DNA of 64,000 bases, taken from contig JANWKE010000093.1 of assembly GCA_025451535.1 (NCBI GenBank), positions 4,824 through 68,823 on the forward strand, written 5' to 3'. Positions 1-9,037 of the stretch are shown here, one piece after another; position 1 is the stretch's first letter; every line of letters starts with the position of its first letter. Source of the DNA: Verrucomicrobiia bacterium. GTDB taxonomy: Bacteria; Verrucomicrobiota; Verrucomicrobiia; Limisphaerales; UBA11358. Made by a program: the position numbers and the translations under genes. Under the pieces are notes generated by a model that was not told where the DNA came from, did not search any database, and saw only the letters and a list, made by a program, of their open reading frames with translations.

Positions 1-731
1 GGAACCAAAGCGGACTGTGCCACCACCACCACACCCAAACCTTCCGGCACCAGATAAAAGGATGGCTGTAGTTTTTCGCTGGAGTCCGGCGGCAGAAGCC
101 AAACCACGGCCGCACCCTTTTGGGCAAGCAGCTTGATTCGTCTTGCCAAGCCATCGGGAGCCTGCGCCTTCAACGCAAACGGACCGATGATGGCCAGCTT
201 GCCCGGGAAATGTTCCAGCTCGGCATTGCCCAAATCCACAAAATCCACCTTTGCGTTTTTCAGCAACGGCTTGAGTTCGTTCTGCGGATCAAAAACACCC
301 AGGGACCGGTTCTCGGCCAGCGGCTTCAATTCCTCGAGCAGGTTCGTTGGATAAACCCGGACTTCGGTCACACCGATAATGCCGTTTGTGTTTTCGAGCC
401 ATTGAACAAGGAATTTGGTTTCCGCCTTCACCTCGGGGAAATTAAATTGCACCGATTCCAGAACCGTCTGTCCTGGCAGCACTTGAAGTTTTTTCCATAA
501 GTTTTCACCAAGTTGAACCATGGTCGCCGAAGTGGTTTGAAAAATCCGCGTGTGAATTTCGGCATTGGCCGGCTGCCGGCCGGCATTATGCCAGACGACG
601 GCAATTGTCCGCGCATCACCGGCAAACACCGGTTGCGGTTCGCGGTCGGGCAAAAGCTGCAATTGTGCCGGAGCCAAACCGGACCAACCACCGGCCAGCA
701 CCAGCAACAGCCATGGGTTGAACAATTTCAT
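1..731 (-). CDS. secreted hypothetical protein (N-terminal part only; the ORF runs off the left edge)
   Basis: ATG at 731-729 opens a frame with no stop down to position 1 (my own translation; it is absent from the ORF track because it is open-ended). N-terminus MKLFNPWLLLVLAGGWSGLAPAQ looks like a signal peptide. It lies 75 nt downstream of the 1464-aa gene on the same strand. Confidence 0.6.
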   Translation of the reverse strand, partial: MKLFNPWLLLVLAGGWSGLAPAQLQLLPDREPQPVFAGDARTIAVVWHNAGRQPANAEIHTRIFQTTSATMVQLGENLWKKLQVLPGQTVLESVQFNFPEVKAETKFLVQWLENTNGIIGVTEVRVYPTNLLEELKPLAENRSLGVFDPQNELKPLLKNAKVDFVDLGNAELEHFPGKLAIIGPFALKAQAPDGLARRIKLLAQKGAAVVWLLPPDSSEKLQPSFYLVPEGLGVVVVAQSALV

Positions 732-806
732 TTCCAATTACTGCGACAATTCAGAACAACGGGACCTTTGAAAAAAATCGCGCATTCCAATCATTGGATT
801 TACTGG

Positions 807-3800
807 TCACTTTCCACCGGGACTGCCGTCCGGATGTTGCCAATAGAATTCCACGTAAGCTTTGAACATTCGCTGCGGGTCGGGGGTGGCATTGGGAAGA
901 GCCATTTGCTGCCTAAAAAATACAGCCCCGGCTGCTCCGCGAGGATGGAGTTGCAGGTGGAGTTGTTGCTTCAGAAAGGACTCCAATTCTTTCAAGTCAA
1001 GCTGCCCATTGTGGTCTTCATCTGTGGCGGATAATTCCAATAACGAGGGAAAGCCTCCCGGCGCTCTTCCAAAACCACAAGACTGGCACAGGTTCCTGAA
1101 CTCATCCCGGTCGAGGACACCATCACCATTTGCATCAAATTTCTTCATGAGCCGTTCGGCGAACAGATGCTCGGCAATGTCAATTCCCGCCTGTTCCTTT
1201 GGCTCCAAAATTTTATTCTGATTGGCATCGAAATAAGCAAGCTCCTCCGGATCCAGCCGGCCATTATGATTGGCGTCAATCACATCCAATTCAGATTCGA
1301 TAAAAACCGGGTCGTCCAAGGCCGTTTCGCGTTCTTGAGGATCGATCTTTCCACTGTGGTTCAAATCATATTTCGCAAGCAAATCCTGGCGATGTTGTTC
1401 CGCCACTGCCAGTAAATGTGATCGCTCTGCAATTTGAATTTTCTTTTGCGTATCGATTGCAGATTCAATCTCGGCTGTGGGAATCGTCCAAACGCCCGGT
1501 GAATTGCGCTGGCTTAAAAAGAGTTTGCCGTGGGAGAAACACATCATGGTGGCCGACAACAACGGGTTCATGGCCAACCAGGGTTCATTTCTTTCGGTGA
1601 GGCTTTTAAGCGGGGGCGTTCCGCGTTCCACATCAAATTTCAAAGGCACAACAATCGGTTCCGCCAAATCCCGGCTCAAACAAACCAGCTTGGCATGATA
1701 GCCGTCCTTTTCCATGGCCGTCCAATGCCCGCCTGCGTTGGTGATGACGCAGTGATCAACAAAGAAATAAAGGTTTGATTTGTAAAAAGTCGCAGCAGAG
1801 CGCGTCAGATAGTCACTCGCCAGCGATTTCCAGACGGGGCGCGCGGTTACAGCTGGCCCGCCTGGTCCGCGTATCGGGCTGATAATACCCGGATGTGGCT
1901 TCGGCGGGTCGGATAGAGCCAGTTCGGGCGCCGACTCGTTCCTGTTCCAGATCCATAGATGGGCATGGTCATCGGAACCCCAGGAAGGAATGGAGCGGAA
2001 AACGACCGCATCCGTAAAAATCTCCGGCGGCTCAGAAAGGTTCAGGTTGAAAACTTCGCGCCAATCCTTTCCGTTCCAACTGAATATCTTCTTCCCAATG
2101 CTGGCATAAATCGAACGATCCGGCCCGGAAAACAATTCCGGCGGTGAAGGCGCTCCTCCGGCCAATGGCAAGCGAAAACCAAGGTCATCCAGCGAGTCCA
2201 ATACCGACTCAGCGGGATGGCGGCGGGTGCTGGCCAGAATGCGTGTGCCATTCCCATCGTCGGTAATTTCGAGAATGGTGTTCGCGTCGGTCGCCAAAAG
2301 ATGGCCAGCGACGGTGAACAAGTCATAGCTGCTTTGAGCGGGAATCTCCAGATTCTGCCATTGGCGTTGCCGGAAATCGAACTTTTGCAACTGTCCCGCT
2401 TCGCACGAAAACAGGCTGCCCTGAAATAGAACCATGCGACAGCTGGCATTTTGAAGTCTTAACTTGATTAAATTAATCTCGTCCAAATCCGGACACTTGA
2501 CCAGGTCCCAATTCCCCGTGTCGGGATCAAATATAGCGATGACAAGCCGGGACGCATAACTGGTGGATTTCCAATTGCCCTGCTGGTCAAACTCATAAAC
2601 CGGTTCGCTATAGTGCAGACCGATCAACAGTTTCCCCTCGCACCAGCGTTCGGCGAAGATCTGAATTCCGGAGGCATCGTTGGTTTGAAGCCGATCAACC
2701 GGAATTTTCAAAAAACGGTTGACCAGCAAAATGTTCGTAGCCGGTTCGTCCGGTGCCTTGACGGCGACTGGTGCCGTCACGGCAACTCGTGCTGCCGCAG
2801 CGGGTTTCGATGCTTGAACTTGAGCTTGCGGACGCGGTGGTGGCGTGGCTGGGTTTAGAATTTCCTTCGCAGGTTTGCCGACGTAGAAATCGATCCAATT
2901 GGTGGCACTTTCTGCTTTAAATCGGTCCTGGGCCGGCTTGTCTTTCGCCCGGGCGATCAGATTCGATTGGTACGCAACCAGCAAGGGAAGGAGTTCGGCC
3001 GCCTGAGCCTTGGTGTAATCTCGCGACTCAAAAACCCGGTTGAATTGAACCCAATCATAAGGAGTGTTGTCTCTCAGTAATTTCACCTGTTTTTCAAAGG
3101 CCTCCTCCGTTCGCCCGCTGGACACGGTCTTGTTTCTATATTCCTGTTCCATTGCTTCGAGCATGGGAAAGAAATTGGTACGACATTGGGCTTCCAACCT
3201 GTCCAGGGTTGGCGTCGGTGTGTAGCTTCCGTCTGGGTGAAGCAGAGTCCTGACCCTCCAATCTAAATAAAATAAATCCACGTTGTTGGCTACCAGCTCC
3301 GCTCGATTGGAACCGATATCGTCCATTAATTTGTCGAACGCCGATTCGAGTTGCGAATCATCCTTGGCATCAACCACCGACAAAGCTTGTCCCTCAAGCC
3401 GGAGAAGTAAATTGCTTGAGTCGTCTAACTCACGCATAAAACTCGTCCATACACCGGGAATGCGTTTACGATCCTCTTCATTCCAAGCGGTTACGCGAGG
3501 GAGGGCTGGACTACGACGCCAGAACCTGGTGTGGATATAGCAGAAAACGGGACTTTGCATCAGTTCCCGATAGACCTCAACACAGTCTTCCGGCTTCTCC
3601 TGCCACAAGCTACCCCAAGTCAACTCGCAACCAAAAATACTCGGGTCGTGCTTCGAATTTTCTTCGCCGATGGTATTGATCAACTCATCGTAGGTCGCTA
3701 TGCGACCACTGACGAAATAACTGCCATGAACAGATGATGACTCGGCAATAAAACCGGCAACCTTGCGCGCCAACGCGCGCAATTCTGCCAGCTTTTCCGC

Positions 3801-5201
3801 AACCGGTGGTTGCGATTGCGGAGCCAAGTTGAAATTTTGTAAAACTTTCGATGCCGCGACCAAGTCTTCTATCCCGAGATTATACCAATCTGAATTGTGC
3901 CAGTCGTTCCAGCCAACACCTCGCCACAATACTTTTGGCTCCCCATCAGATGAAGTTCGGCTGTACTCATAATAAAGTTCCAAGGCATGGGTTGCGGAAT
4001 CAATGCCCTTCGGATCGGGCGGGCTGATTATCGCGGCATAGTCAATTTCTCTATATCGCTTGTCAAAAACTGCCGCGAGGTAAGTATCCGAAACATGTTT
4101 AATGCCCCAATTCAATGCCGACGCAGGTTCGCCACCGGATATGTAAATCGTGCCTTGTTCGCAGGGTTCGGCGCGCGAAAGTGTTTCCATCGTATACGCT
4201 CGCACCCGCACCAAAGCGCAGTTCAAGTCTCTTTTCCCCAATGCCCAGGCGGAATCTGCTGCCGCCTGTGCCTCGGGATAGATTTCCCAGCGCAATGCCC
4301 ATTTTGCCTCGTCAAAATATTGCGCCGCTTCATCCGAAGCGTTCCATTCCGTGACAGTGGAGCTGACTTTCAATAATGCGGTGACGTTGGTGGCCAATCG
4401 ATTGACGACTTCCGCCAGATTGGTGCGGCTGCCACTGACCTCAAAACTCAAAGGCGCACCTCCCTTCGGTGGAGTTAACCGCGCATTGATGGTGACGGTA
4501 TCCCTGGAATAGCCGTTTTGGTCTACGGTGCCGTCCAACAAGTAACTGCCGTCCCAAAACGCCGATTCGTCCGATTTCAATTCCTTTTCCTCGGTTAACA
4601 ATTGCATCTTTTGTCGTTCCAAAACAAAAAACTGCCGCTCCTGACTCAGGCGCTGAATGGTCAACAGTTTCAAATCGCGTTCTGCTTCCTGTTCATCCGT
4701 GGAGGAAACCGCGGCACGCAAATTGACAAGGGAGATGGGAATGGCGTCTTTGGCCAGCACGGTCAGTTTCGGCAGAAACGAATCGAGATAGGTGACGGCG
4801 GAGTCTGCCCATTGGGCAGTATCTTTCAAGGGCCAGGGGAAACTTCCGTCCGTCAGAACCACCCCCGGTTTTACGGCAATCAGACGGGCTGTCAAATTGG
4901 TCGTCTGCGGCGTACGCACCACGTTCAAAAGCAGCAAACCGTCGGCGCCGAGAATCCGGCCGATCTTCAAATCATCCCGGTTGGCCTCCGACATTCCTTG
5001 TTCACGATAAACCTTTTCAATTTGATCGCGTTCCAGCAGTTGGATCTTGTGATTGCCTGAAAGTTGGGCGGTCAAAACATCCCCCACCGTCATTGCTTCG
5101 CTGGTTTCTGAAACCAGAGCCAGCCGGACCGGCGCATTCGTCTCCGCCGGCGATTTTACCGCTGCCGCCAGAACCAAAAAAACCATCGCCCATTTGTTCA
5201 T
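807..5201 (-). CDS. large secreted multidomain protein with four C-terminal EF-hand calcium-binding loops
   Basis: 1464-aa ORF with a signal-peptide-like N-terminus (MNKWAMVFLVLAAAVKSPA). Four canonical DxNxxGxIDxxE-type loops sit near the C-terminus: DLNHSGKIDPQE, DANHNGRLDPEE, DANGDGVLDRDE, DEDHNGQLDLKE. An Ala/Pro linker lies mid-protein. Confidence 0.8.
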   Translation of the reverse strand: MNKWAMVFLVLAAAVKSPAETNAPVRLALVSETSEAMTVGDVLTAQLSGNHKIQLLERDQIEKVYREQGMSEANRDDLKIGRILGADGLLLLNVVRTPQTTNLTARLIAVKPGVVLTDGSFPWPLKDTAQWADSAVTYLDSFLPKLTVLAKDAIPISLVNLRAAVSSTDEQEAERDLKLLTIQRLSQERQFFVLERQKMQLLTEEKELKSDESAFWDGSYLLDGTVDQNGYSRDTVTINARLTPPKGGAPLSFEVSGSRTNLAEVVNRLATNVTALLKVSSTVTEWNASDEAAQYFDEAKWALRWEIYPEAQAAADSAWALGKRDLNCALVRVRAYTMETLSRAEPCEQGTIYISGGEPASALNWGIKHVSDTYLAAVFDKRYREIDYAAIISPPDPKGIDSATHALELYYEYSRTSSDGEPKVLWRGVGWNDWHNSDWYNLGIEDLVAASKVLQNFNLAPQSQPPVAEKLAELRALARKVAGFIAESSSVHGSYFVSGRIATYDELINTIGEENSKHDPSIFGCELTWGSLWQEKPEDCVEVYRELMQSPVFCYIHTRFWRRSPALPRVTAWNEEDRKRIPGVWTSFMRELDDSSNLLLRLEGQALSVVDAKDDSQLESAFDKLMDDIGSNRAELVANNVDLFYLDWRVRTLLHPDGSYTPTPTLDRLEAQCRTNFFPMLEAMEQEYRNKTVSSGRTEEAFEKQVKLLRDNTPYDWVQFNRVFESRDYTKAQAAELLPLLVAYQSNLIARAKDKPAQDRFKAESATNWIDFYVGKPAKEILNPATPPPRPQAQVQASKPAAAARVAVTAPVAVKAPDEPATNILLVNRFLKIPVDRLQTNDASGIQIFAERWCEGKLLIGLHYSEPVYEFDQQGNWKSTSYASRLVIAIFDPDTGNWDLVKCPDLDEINLIKLRLQNASCRMVLFQGSLFSCEAGQLQKFDFRQRQWQNLEIPAQSSYDLFTVAGHLLATDANTILEITDDGNGTRILASTRRHPAESVLDSLDDLGFRLPLAGGAPSPPELFSGPDRSIYASIGKKIFSWNGKDWREVFNLNLSEPPEIFTDAVVFRSIPSWGSDDHAHLWIWNRNESAPELALSDPPKPHPGIISPIRGPGGPAVTARPVWKSLASDYLTRSAATFYKSNLYFFVDHCVITNAGGHWTAMEKDGYHAKLVCLSRDLAEPIVVPLKFDVERGTPPLKSLTERNEPWLAMNPLLSATMMCFSHGKLFLSQRNSPGVWTIPTAEIESAIDTQKKIQIAERSHLLAVAEQHRQDLLAKYDLNHSGKIDPQERETALDDPVFIESELDVIDANHNGRLDPEELAYFDANQNKILEPKEQAGIDIAEHLFAERLMKKFDANGDGVLDRDEFRNLCQSCGFGRAPGGFPSLLELSATDEDHNGQLDLKELESFLKQQLHLQLHPRGAAGAVFFRQQMALPNATPDPQRMFKAYVEFYWQHPDGSPGGK

Positions 5202-5216
5202 CGCAGTTCCGTTCCC

Positions 5217-5813
5217 TTATAATTGGCTCAAAGCTTTTGCTTCTATTTTAAGCCCTTTGTCCATGGCCATCCGCTCGTCGCTCGACCAGACGAACTGTTT
5301 TCCTTCCAAAATGATTCCACCTCGTCCATCGGAAAGCACCGTTACTTCCCGGCCAGCCATGGCAATTTCCTGGCCGCTGAAGGTCACGAAGGCGGCGCAC
5401 TGTTCGCCGTCGCAAACGCGAATATAAATTGGCGTCGAATCCGGCACGTCATTGTGATCCGACAAAACCAGATTAAACCCGTTTTTATCGCACACAATGG
5501 CCCGCACCCGGTTGGGAAACATCGCCAGCGTTTCTCGAATCAACTTCGCGTTCTGCAGAATGTCACTCGACGCGACCGTTTTTGTTTCCACCTGCCCGCG
5601 CCAATGGCCGACCGCAAAAGCCATCAGGATGCAAGCGGCCGTGACCAATCCCCAGGCCAATCGCGGAAGCCAGCGCCGTTCAACGTGACGGCTTCGCACC
5701 TCTGCGCGTTTCAGCTGTCTGACGACCTGCTGCGGGAACACGTCAAAAAATTCTTCGGAGCGTTCCGGCGCTCGCGCCTTTTGCAGAATGGCTTCAAGTT
5801 CAGCGTTGTTCAT
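5217..5813 (-). CDS. putative anti-sigma factor (single-pass membrane protein)
   Basis: 198 aa and overlaps the stop of the upstream ECF sigma gene by 14 nt. It has a short cytoplasmic N-terminus, one hydrophobic helix (LAWGLVTAACILMAFAVGHW) and an extracytoplasmic domain. The assignment rests on position and topology only. Confidence 0.6.
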   Translation of the reverse strand: MNNAELEAILQKARAPERSEEFFDVFPQQVVRQLKRAEVRSRHVERRWLPRLAWGLVTAACILMAFAVGHWRGQVETKTVASSDILQNAKLIRETLAMFPNRVRAIVCDKNGFNLVLSDHNDVPDSTPIYIRVCDGEQCAAFVTFSGQEIAMAGREVTVLSDGRGGIILEGKQFVWSSDERMAMDKGLKIEAKALSQL

Positions 5814-6354
5814 GGGAAATCGGCTTCAGCCAGCGTTTTAATTTTCGGCGTGCGGCGAATACACGCCAGGAAATCGTAGCTTCGGTGCAGTCCAGGAGTT
5901 TCGCGGCTTCGGCGTGGGTGCGGTCTTCATAAATGGTCAAAACGATGGCGGCACGCTGTTTGGTCGGCAGCCGGTTCAACGCTTGCTGGACACGGCATGA
6001 TAATTCATCGGGGTATTCATCGGGCGCGTCCCGTTCTGCCGTTGCATTCTCCACCCATTTTGAATGAACGTCGCCGCGCCGGTTTTCCCGCGCGCGCCAG
6101 TTCAAGCTCAGATTAATGGTGATTTGGCAGAGCCATGTCGAAAATTTGGCCTCGCCGCGAAAGGAATCGAGTTGCCGATAAGCGCGCAGGAACGTTTCCT
6201 GCGCCAGATCTTCCGCATCGGCGAGTGAACCTGTCATCCGAAAGGCCAGGGCATGCACCATCTTTTGATACTGTTTAACCAGCGCGGCATAAGCCTCCAT
6301 ATCGCCGGCGAGGCTGTTCCGAATCCAGTTGAGTTCGTCGTCCGGCGGGGCCAT
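5800..6354 (-). CDS. RNA polymerase ECF-type sigma-70 factor
   Basis: The region-2 block DAEDLAQETFLRAYRQLDSFRGEAKFSTWLCQITIN and the region-4 HTH block RAAIVLTIYEDRTHAEAAKLLDCTEATISWRVFAARRKL are present. I place the start at the internal ATG 6354 (MAPPDDELNWIR), because the 100 residues upstream in the track ORF are Cys/Trp/Ser-rich and unlike sigma factors. Confidence 0.88.
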   Translation of the reverse strand: MAPPDDELNWIRNSLAGDMEAYAALVKQYQKMVHALAFRMTGSLADAEDLAQETFLRAYRQLDSFRGEAKFSTWLCQITINLSLNWRARENRRGDVHSKWVENATAERDAPDEYPDELSCRVQQALNRLPTKQRAAIVLTIYEDRTHAEAAKLLDCTEATISWRVFAARRKLKRWLKPISHEQR

Positions 6355-6436
6355 GTGCCATTTTACTAAATCAGACCAACGGCAGCAGCAATTCCTTTGA
6401 AAAATCCGGAAAGCGTGGGAGATTGACCCAGTACTT

Positions 6437-6955
6437 ATGGATGTAACCAGCGATCCAAATCTGATGGTCGGCGGTTTTGGCTTGGGGCTCCTGGTATTGG
6501 CTGCCCTGTGGCAGTTGATTGCCTGGGTCCGCGAGGCGCCGCCCACGCCGGATCCGTGGGACGCCGAGGTGGAACAAAAACTCCAGGATCCGGAAACCCA
6601 ACAAATCTGCCACCGCTGCATGACACCACAGGAATCGGGCGCCTGGTTCTGCAAGCATTGTGGGGCCGCCGTCGGCCCTTACAACAACCTGATGCCCTTC
6701 CTGAATGTATTCTCCGAGGGGGAGGTGTTCAGGAATGGCATCAGTCACCGGTTTCGAAACCGGCCGTTTATTGCCGTCGGTTACTTTTTGATTACCGCAG
6801 GTTTTCTCGTGGGTCTCATGATGGATTACCCGTTGGTCACCGTGGGTATCTTTTCATTCGCCGCGGTGGGTTATTGGGTCTCGGTTTTGCGGAATTTAAA
6901 ACGCCCGGCTGACCGGCAGGAACCCGCAGAGACTCACGGTTCACAGCCGTCTTAA
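6437..6955 (+). CDS. membrane protein with zinc-ribbon-like CxxC...CxxC motif
   Basis: 172 aa with an N-terminal TM helix, CHRC...CKHC (two CxxC pairs 14 residues apart), then two or more C-terminal TM helices. Confidence 0.6.
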   Translation: MDVTSDPNLMVGGFGLGLLVLAALWQLIAWVREAPPTPDPWDAEVEQKLQDPETQQICHRCMTPQESGAWFCKHCGAAVGPYNNLMPFLNVFSEGEVFRNGISHRFRNRPFIAVGYFLITAGFLVGLMMDYPLVTVGIFSFAAVGYWVSVLRNLKRPADRQEPAETHGSQPS

Positions 6956-6968
6956 CCGGACCCATGCC

Positions 6969-7097
6969 GTAGGACAGGCGTCGCGCCTGTCTCTGATTTT
7001 GAATGATCGCCTTAAGGCGTTGTTTTTCCAGGCGGGCTGACCGTTACCAAAAGGTGAAGCGAATTTTAGATGGAGACAGGCGCGACGCCCGTCCTGC
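6969..7097. repeat. 129-bp intergenic element bounded by 25-nt inverted repeats, each itself a hairpin
   Basis: gtaggacaggcgtcgcgcctgtctc (6969-6993) matches the reverse complement of gagacaggcgcgacgcccgtcctgc (7073-7097) almost perfectly. Each arm contains an 8-bp stem, gacaggcg/cgcctgtc. Confidence 0.7.
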
Positions 7098-7184
7098 GCG
7101 AGCCGGCACGCGCATCGCGTGATGGGCTGCTGTATGGTTCCGTCTTAAAGGTAGCGGCTCGGCATTGGACAGCGTCGTTTTGAA

Positions 7185-7859
7185 TCAAACGACGGCACAA
7201 CTCATGCCCAATCGCGAGCCGGCCTGGGCTGTTTCATGCCACAGGGTGATGAGTTCGACCAGATTTTGCAGCCAGGGCAGCACGCGTTTCTCCAAGGCAT
7301 TGGAAAGCGGGATGGTGTCTTCGGCGTGGCAGGCTGCATCCACGTCTTTGATAATGGCGGCGACCTGTTCGAGCTGCCACTTGCGAAGCTGGGTGAGCGA
7401 TGCGCGGCCATTGGCCGGTCCGCAGGCGTTGTCCGGCAGCAGACTGAGCGTGAGCACCGGTTCCTTGAGTTGTTTGGCCAGGTTCCACCAGAGGTCCCGC
7501 GCCACGCCAACGTCATTAATCAGAACCAGCGTGACGGCGGTTTCAACACACGCCCGTGCCTGGTCGGCCTGCTGCAGCGCCGTCTTGAGTGCGAGCAGAG
7601 ATTTTTCCTCCAACGGTATGGTCTCGGCGGTGATACGATAGAAATTTTTCTCCATGACCAGCGGCAGGGCGAGGTTTATGGCCTCATCGTCAACGCTCAA
7701 AGAGCATAAAATGCGCTGTCGTTCCAAAGCGAGGGTTTCCAGATAACAGCGAATGGCGGGGAGGGAACGATATTCCAGCGGCGGCAACACAGGGAAGCCA
7801 TCCAGTGTTATTTCAATTTTTCCACGGGCGCCCGGTACATCAAACGACTCGTTACGCAT
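7185..7859 (-). CDS. hypothetical protein
   Basis: 224-aa ORF with ordinary amino-acid composition. I recognise no motif. The overlapping ORFs in other frames are Arg/Pro/Ser-rich shadows. Confidence 0.55.
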   Translation of the reverse strand: MRNESFDVPGARGKIEITLDGFPVLPPLEYRSLPAIRCYLETLALERQRILCSLSVDDEAINLALPLVMEKNFYRITAETIPLEEKSLLALKTALQQADQARACVETAVTLVLINDVGVARDLWWNLAKQLKEPVLTLSLLPDNACGPANGRASLTQLRKWQLEQVAAIIKDVDAACHAEDTIPLSNALEKRVLPWLQNLVELITLWHETAQAGSRLGMSCAVV

Positions 7860-7889
7860 ACCCCGGGAATCCGCAAGTGGCGTGCCTAA

Positions 7890-7920
7890 AATGTGAATAA
7901 CTAAAAAAGTTATTCACATT
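7890..7920. promoter_or_regulatory. perfect 13-bp/5-nt-loop palindrome carrying two inverted DnaA-box-like 9-mers
   Basis: aatgtgaataact-aaaaa-agttattcacatt. TGTGAATAA lies at 7892-7900 and TTATTCACA at 7910-7918, with a partial third copy (gaattcacc) at 7921-7929. It sits 31 nt upstream of the start of the 7185-7859 gene. Confidence 0.55.
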
Positions 7921-8031
7921 GAATTCACCAACAATTCCCAGCGACCGGTGGCGGTTCAGCATCAAATGCGCAAACTAAGGCCACTTTAACGTTCTATCGG
8001 GAATTGCCGGTGCACCCAAAAAATGACCCGG

Positions 8032-8931
8032 CTATTTTGCCGGGTTAGCCCCTTTGACACGCAGTTGAAGTGAATAAAGCGACTTGCTCGCCGTGATGAA
8101 CAGCGTCTGGTGATCCTTGCCCCCAAAGCTGACGTTGGCCGTCCACGGTTCCGGTACATCAATATGTTCGATTTGTTTGCCGGTTTTGTTGAATATCGTC
8201 ACCCCCCGACCGCAAAGATAAAGGTCGCCGTCCTCGTCAATCGTCATGCCGTCCGAACCTTTTGCGCAAAACAGCGCTTTGTTTGTCAGCGAACCATCCG
8301 GCCGGATGTCATAACGCCAGGTCTGATTCGCCTGAATGTCGGCGACAAAAAGGGTTTTGCCGTCCGGGGTGCCGGTGATGCCGTTCGGTTTTTTCAAATC
8401 ATCCGTCACCCGCACCAGATTTTTTCCATCCGGCGAAAGATAAAAAACCTCCTGGTTGGTCAGCGCCATTCTGTCATGGTCCCACCATGGGCGCAGATAA
8501 AACGGGTCAGTGATATACATGGCGCCGTTTGGCGCAATCCAGACATCGTTCGGACCGTTGAGATATTTGCCCTGATAATTTTTGACCAGCACCGTCACCT
8601 TTTTGTCGGGAGCGATGGACCAAAGCTCGTTGTGCTCATCCGCGCAGGCAATCAGGTTGCCATTCGCGTCAAACATCATTCCGTTGGCATGTCCGGACGG
8701 CTGCATGAACGTGGATATTTTTCCATCGGTGGTCCATTCCAGGATGCGATTGTTCGGCTGGTCCACAAAAAACACATTGCCCGCCTTGTCACAGGTGGGG
8801 CCTTCGGTAAAGGCGAAACCTCCGGCCAGTTTTTCGAGTTTTCCGCCGGGAGCGACGGCACTATCGGCAAACGTCAGCGGCACCGTGGGAGACCCCATCA
8901 AGAGGAAGAGCAGAACCAGAACGGTTTTCAT
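8032..8931 (-). CDS. SMP-30/gluconolactonase/LRE-family beta-propeller protein, secreted
   Basis: The sequence blocks FAFTEGPTCDKAGNVFFVDQPNNRILEW, GHANGMMFDANGNLIACA, LNGPNDVWIAPNGAMYITDP and PNGITGTPDGKTLFVAD are typical of the family. Start chosen at MKTVLVLLFLLMG (signal peptide). Confidence 0.82.
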   Translation of the reverse strand: MKTVLVLLFLLMGSPTVPLTFADSAVAPGGKLEKLAGGFAFTEGPTCDKAGNVFFVDQPNNRILEWTTDGKISTFMQPSGHANGMMFDANGNLIACADEHNELWSIAPDKKVTVLVKNYQGKYLNGPNDVWIAPNGAMYITDPFYLRPWWDHDRMALTNQEVFYLSPDGKNLVRVTDDLKKPNGITGTPDGKTLFVADIQANQTWRYDIRPDGSLTNKALFCAKGSDGMTIDEDGDLYLCGRGVTIFNKTGKQIEHIDVPEPWTANVSFGGKDHQTLFITASKSLYSLQLRVKGANPAK

Positions 8932-9037
8932 GATGGAGGCAGAGTCTGGGGTGATAACGATCAAGAATCCACTCAAAACGTTCCTTGTTTTTCCCTGCCC
9001 GGTGACGCATTGTGCAGGGCGCTGATTTTATTCGGCA

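Noticed and set aside
5800-6654. The full 284-aa track ORF taken as the ECF sigma factor.
   Set aside because: The first 100 residues (Cys/Trp/Ser-rich) do not resemble sigma factors and overlap the divergent 6437(+) gene region. The internal ATG at 6354 gives a normal sigma factor of about 184 aa.
7890-7920. The AT-rich palindrome as the intrinsic terminator of the gluconolactonase-like gene.
   Set aside because: The stem is AT-rich with no proper downstream U-tract on the minus strand, and it lies more than 110 nt past the stop codon. The exact DnaA-box-like 9-mers make a protein-binding site more likely.
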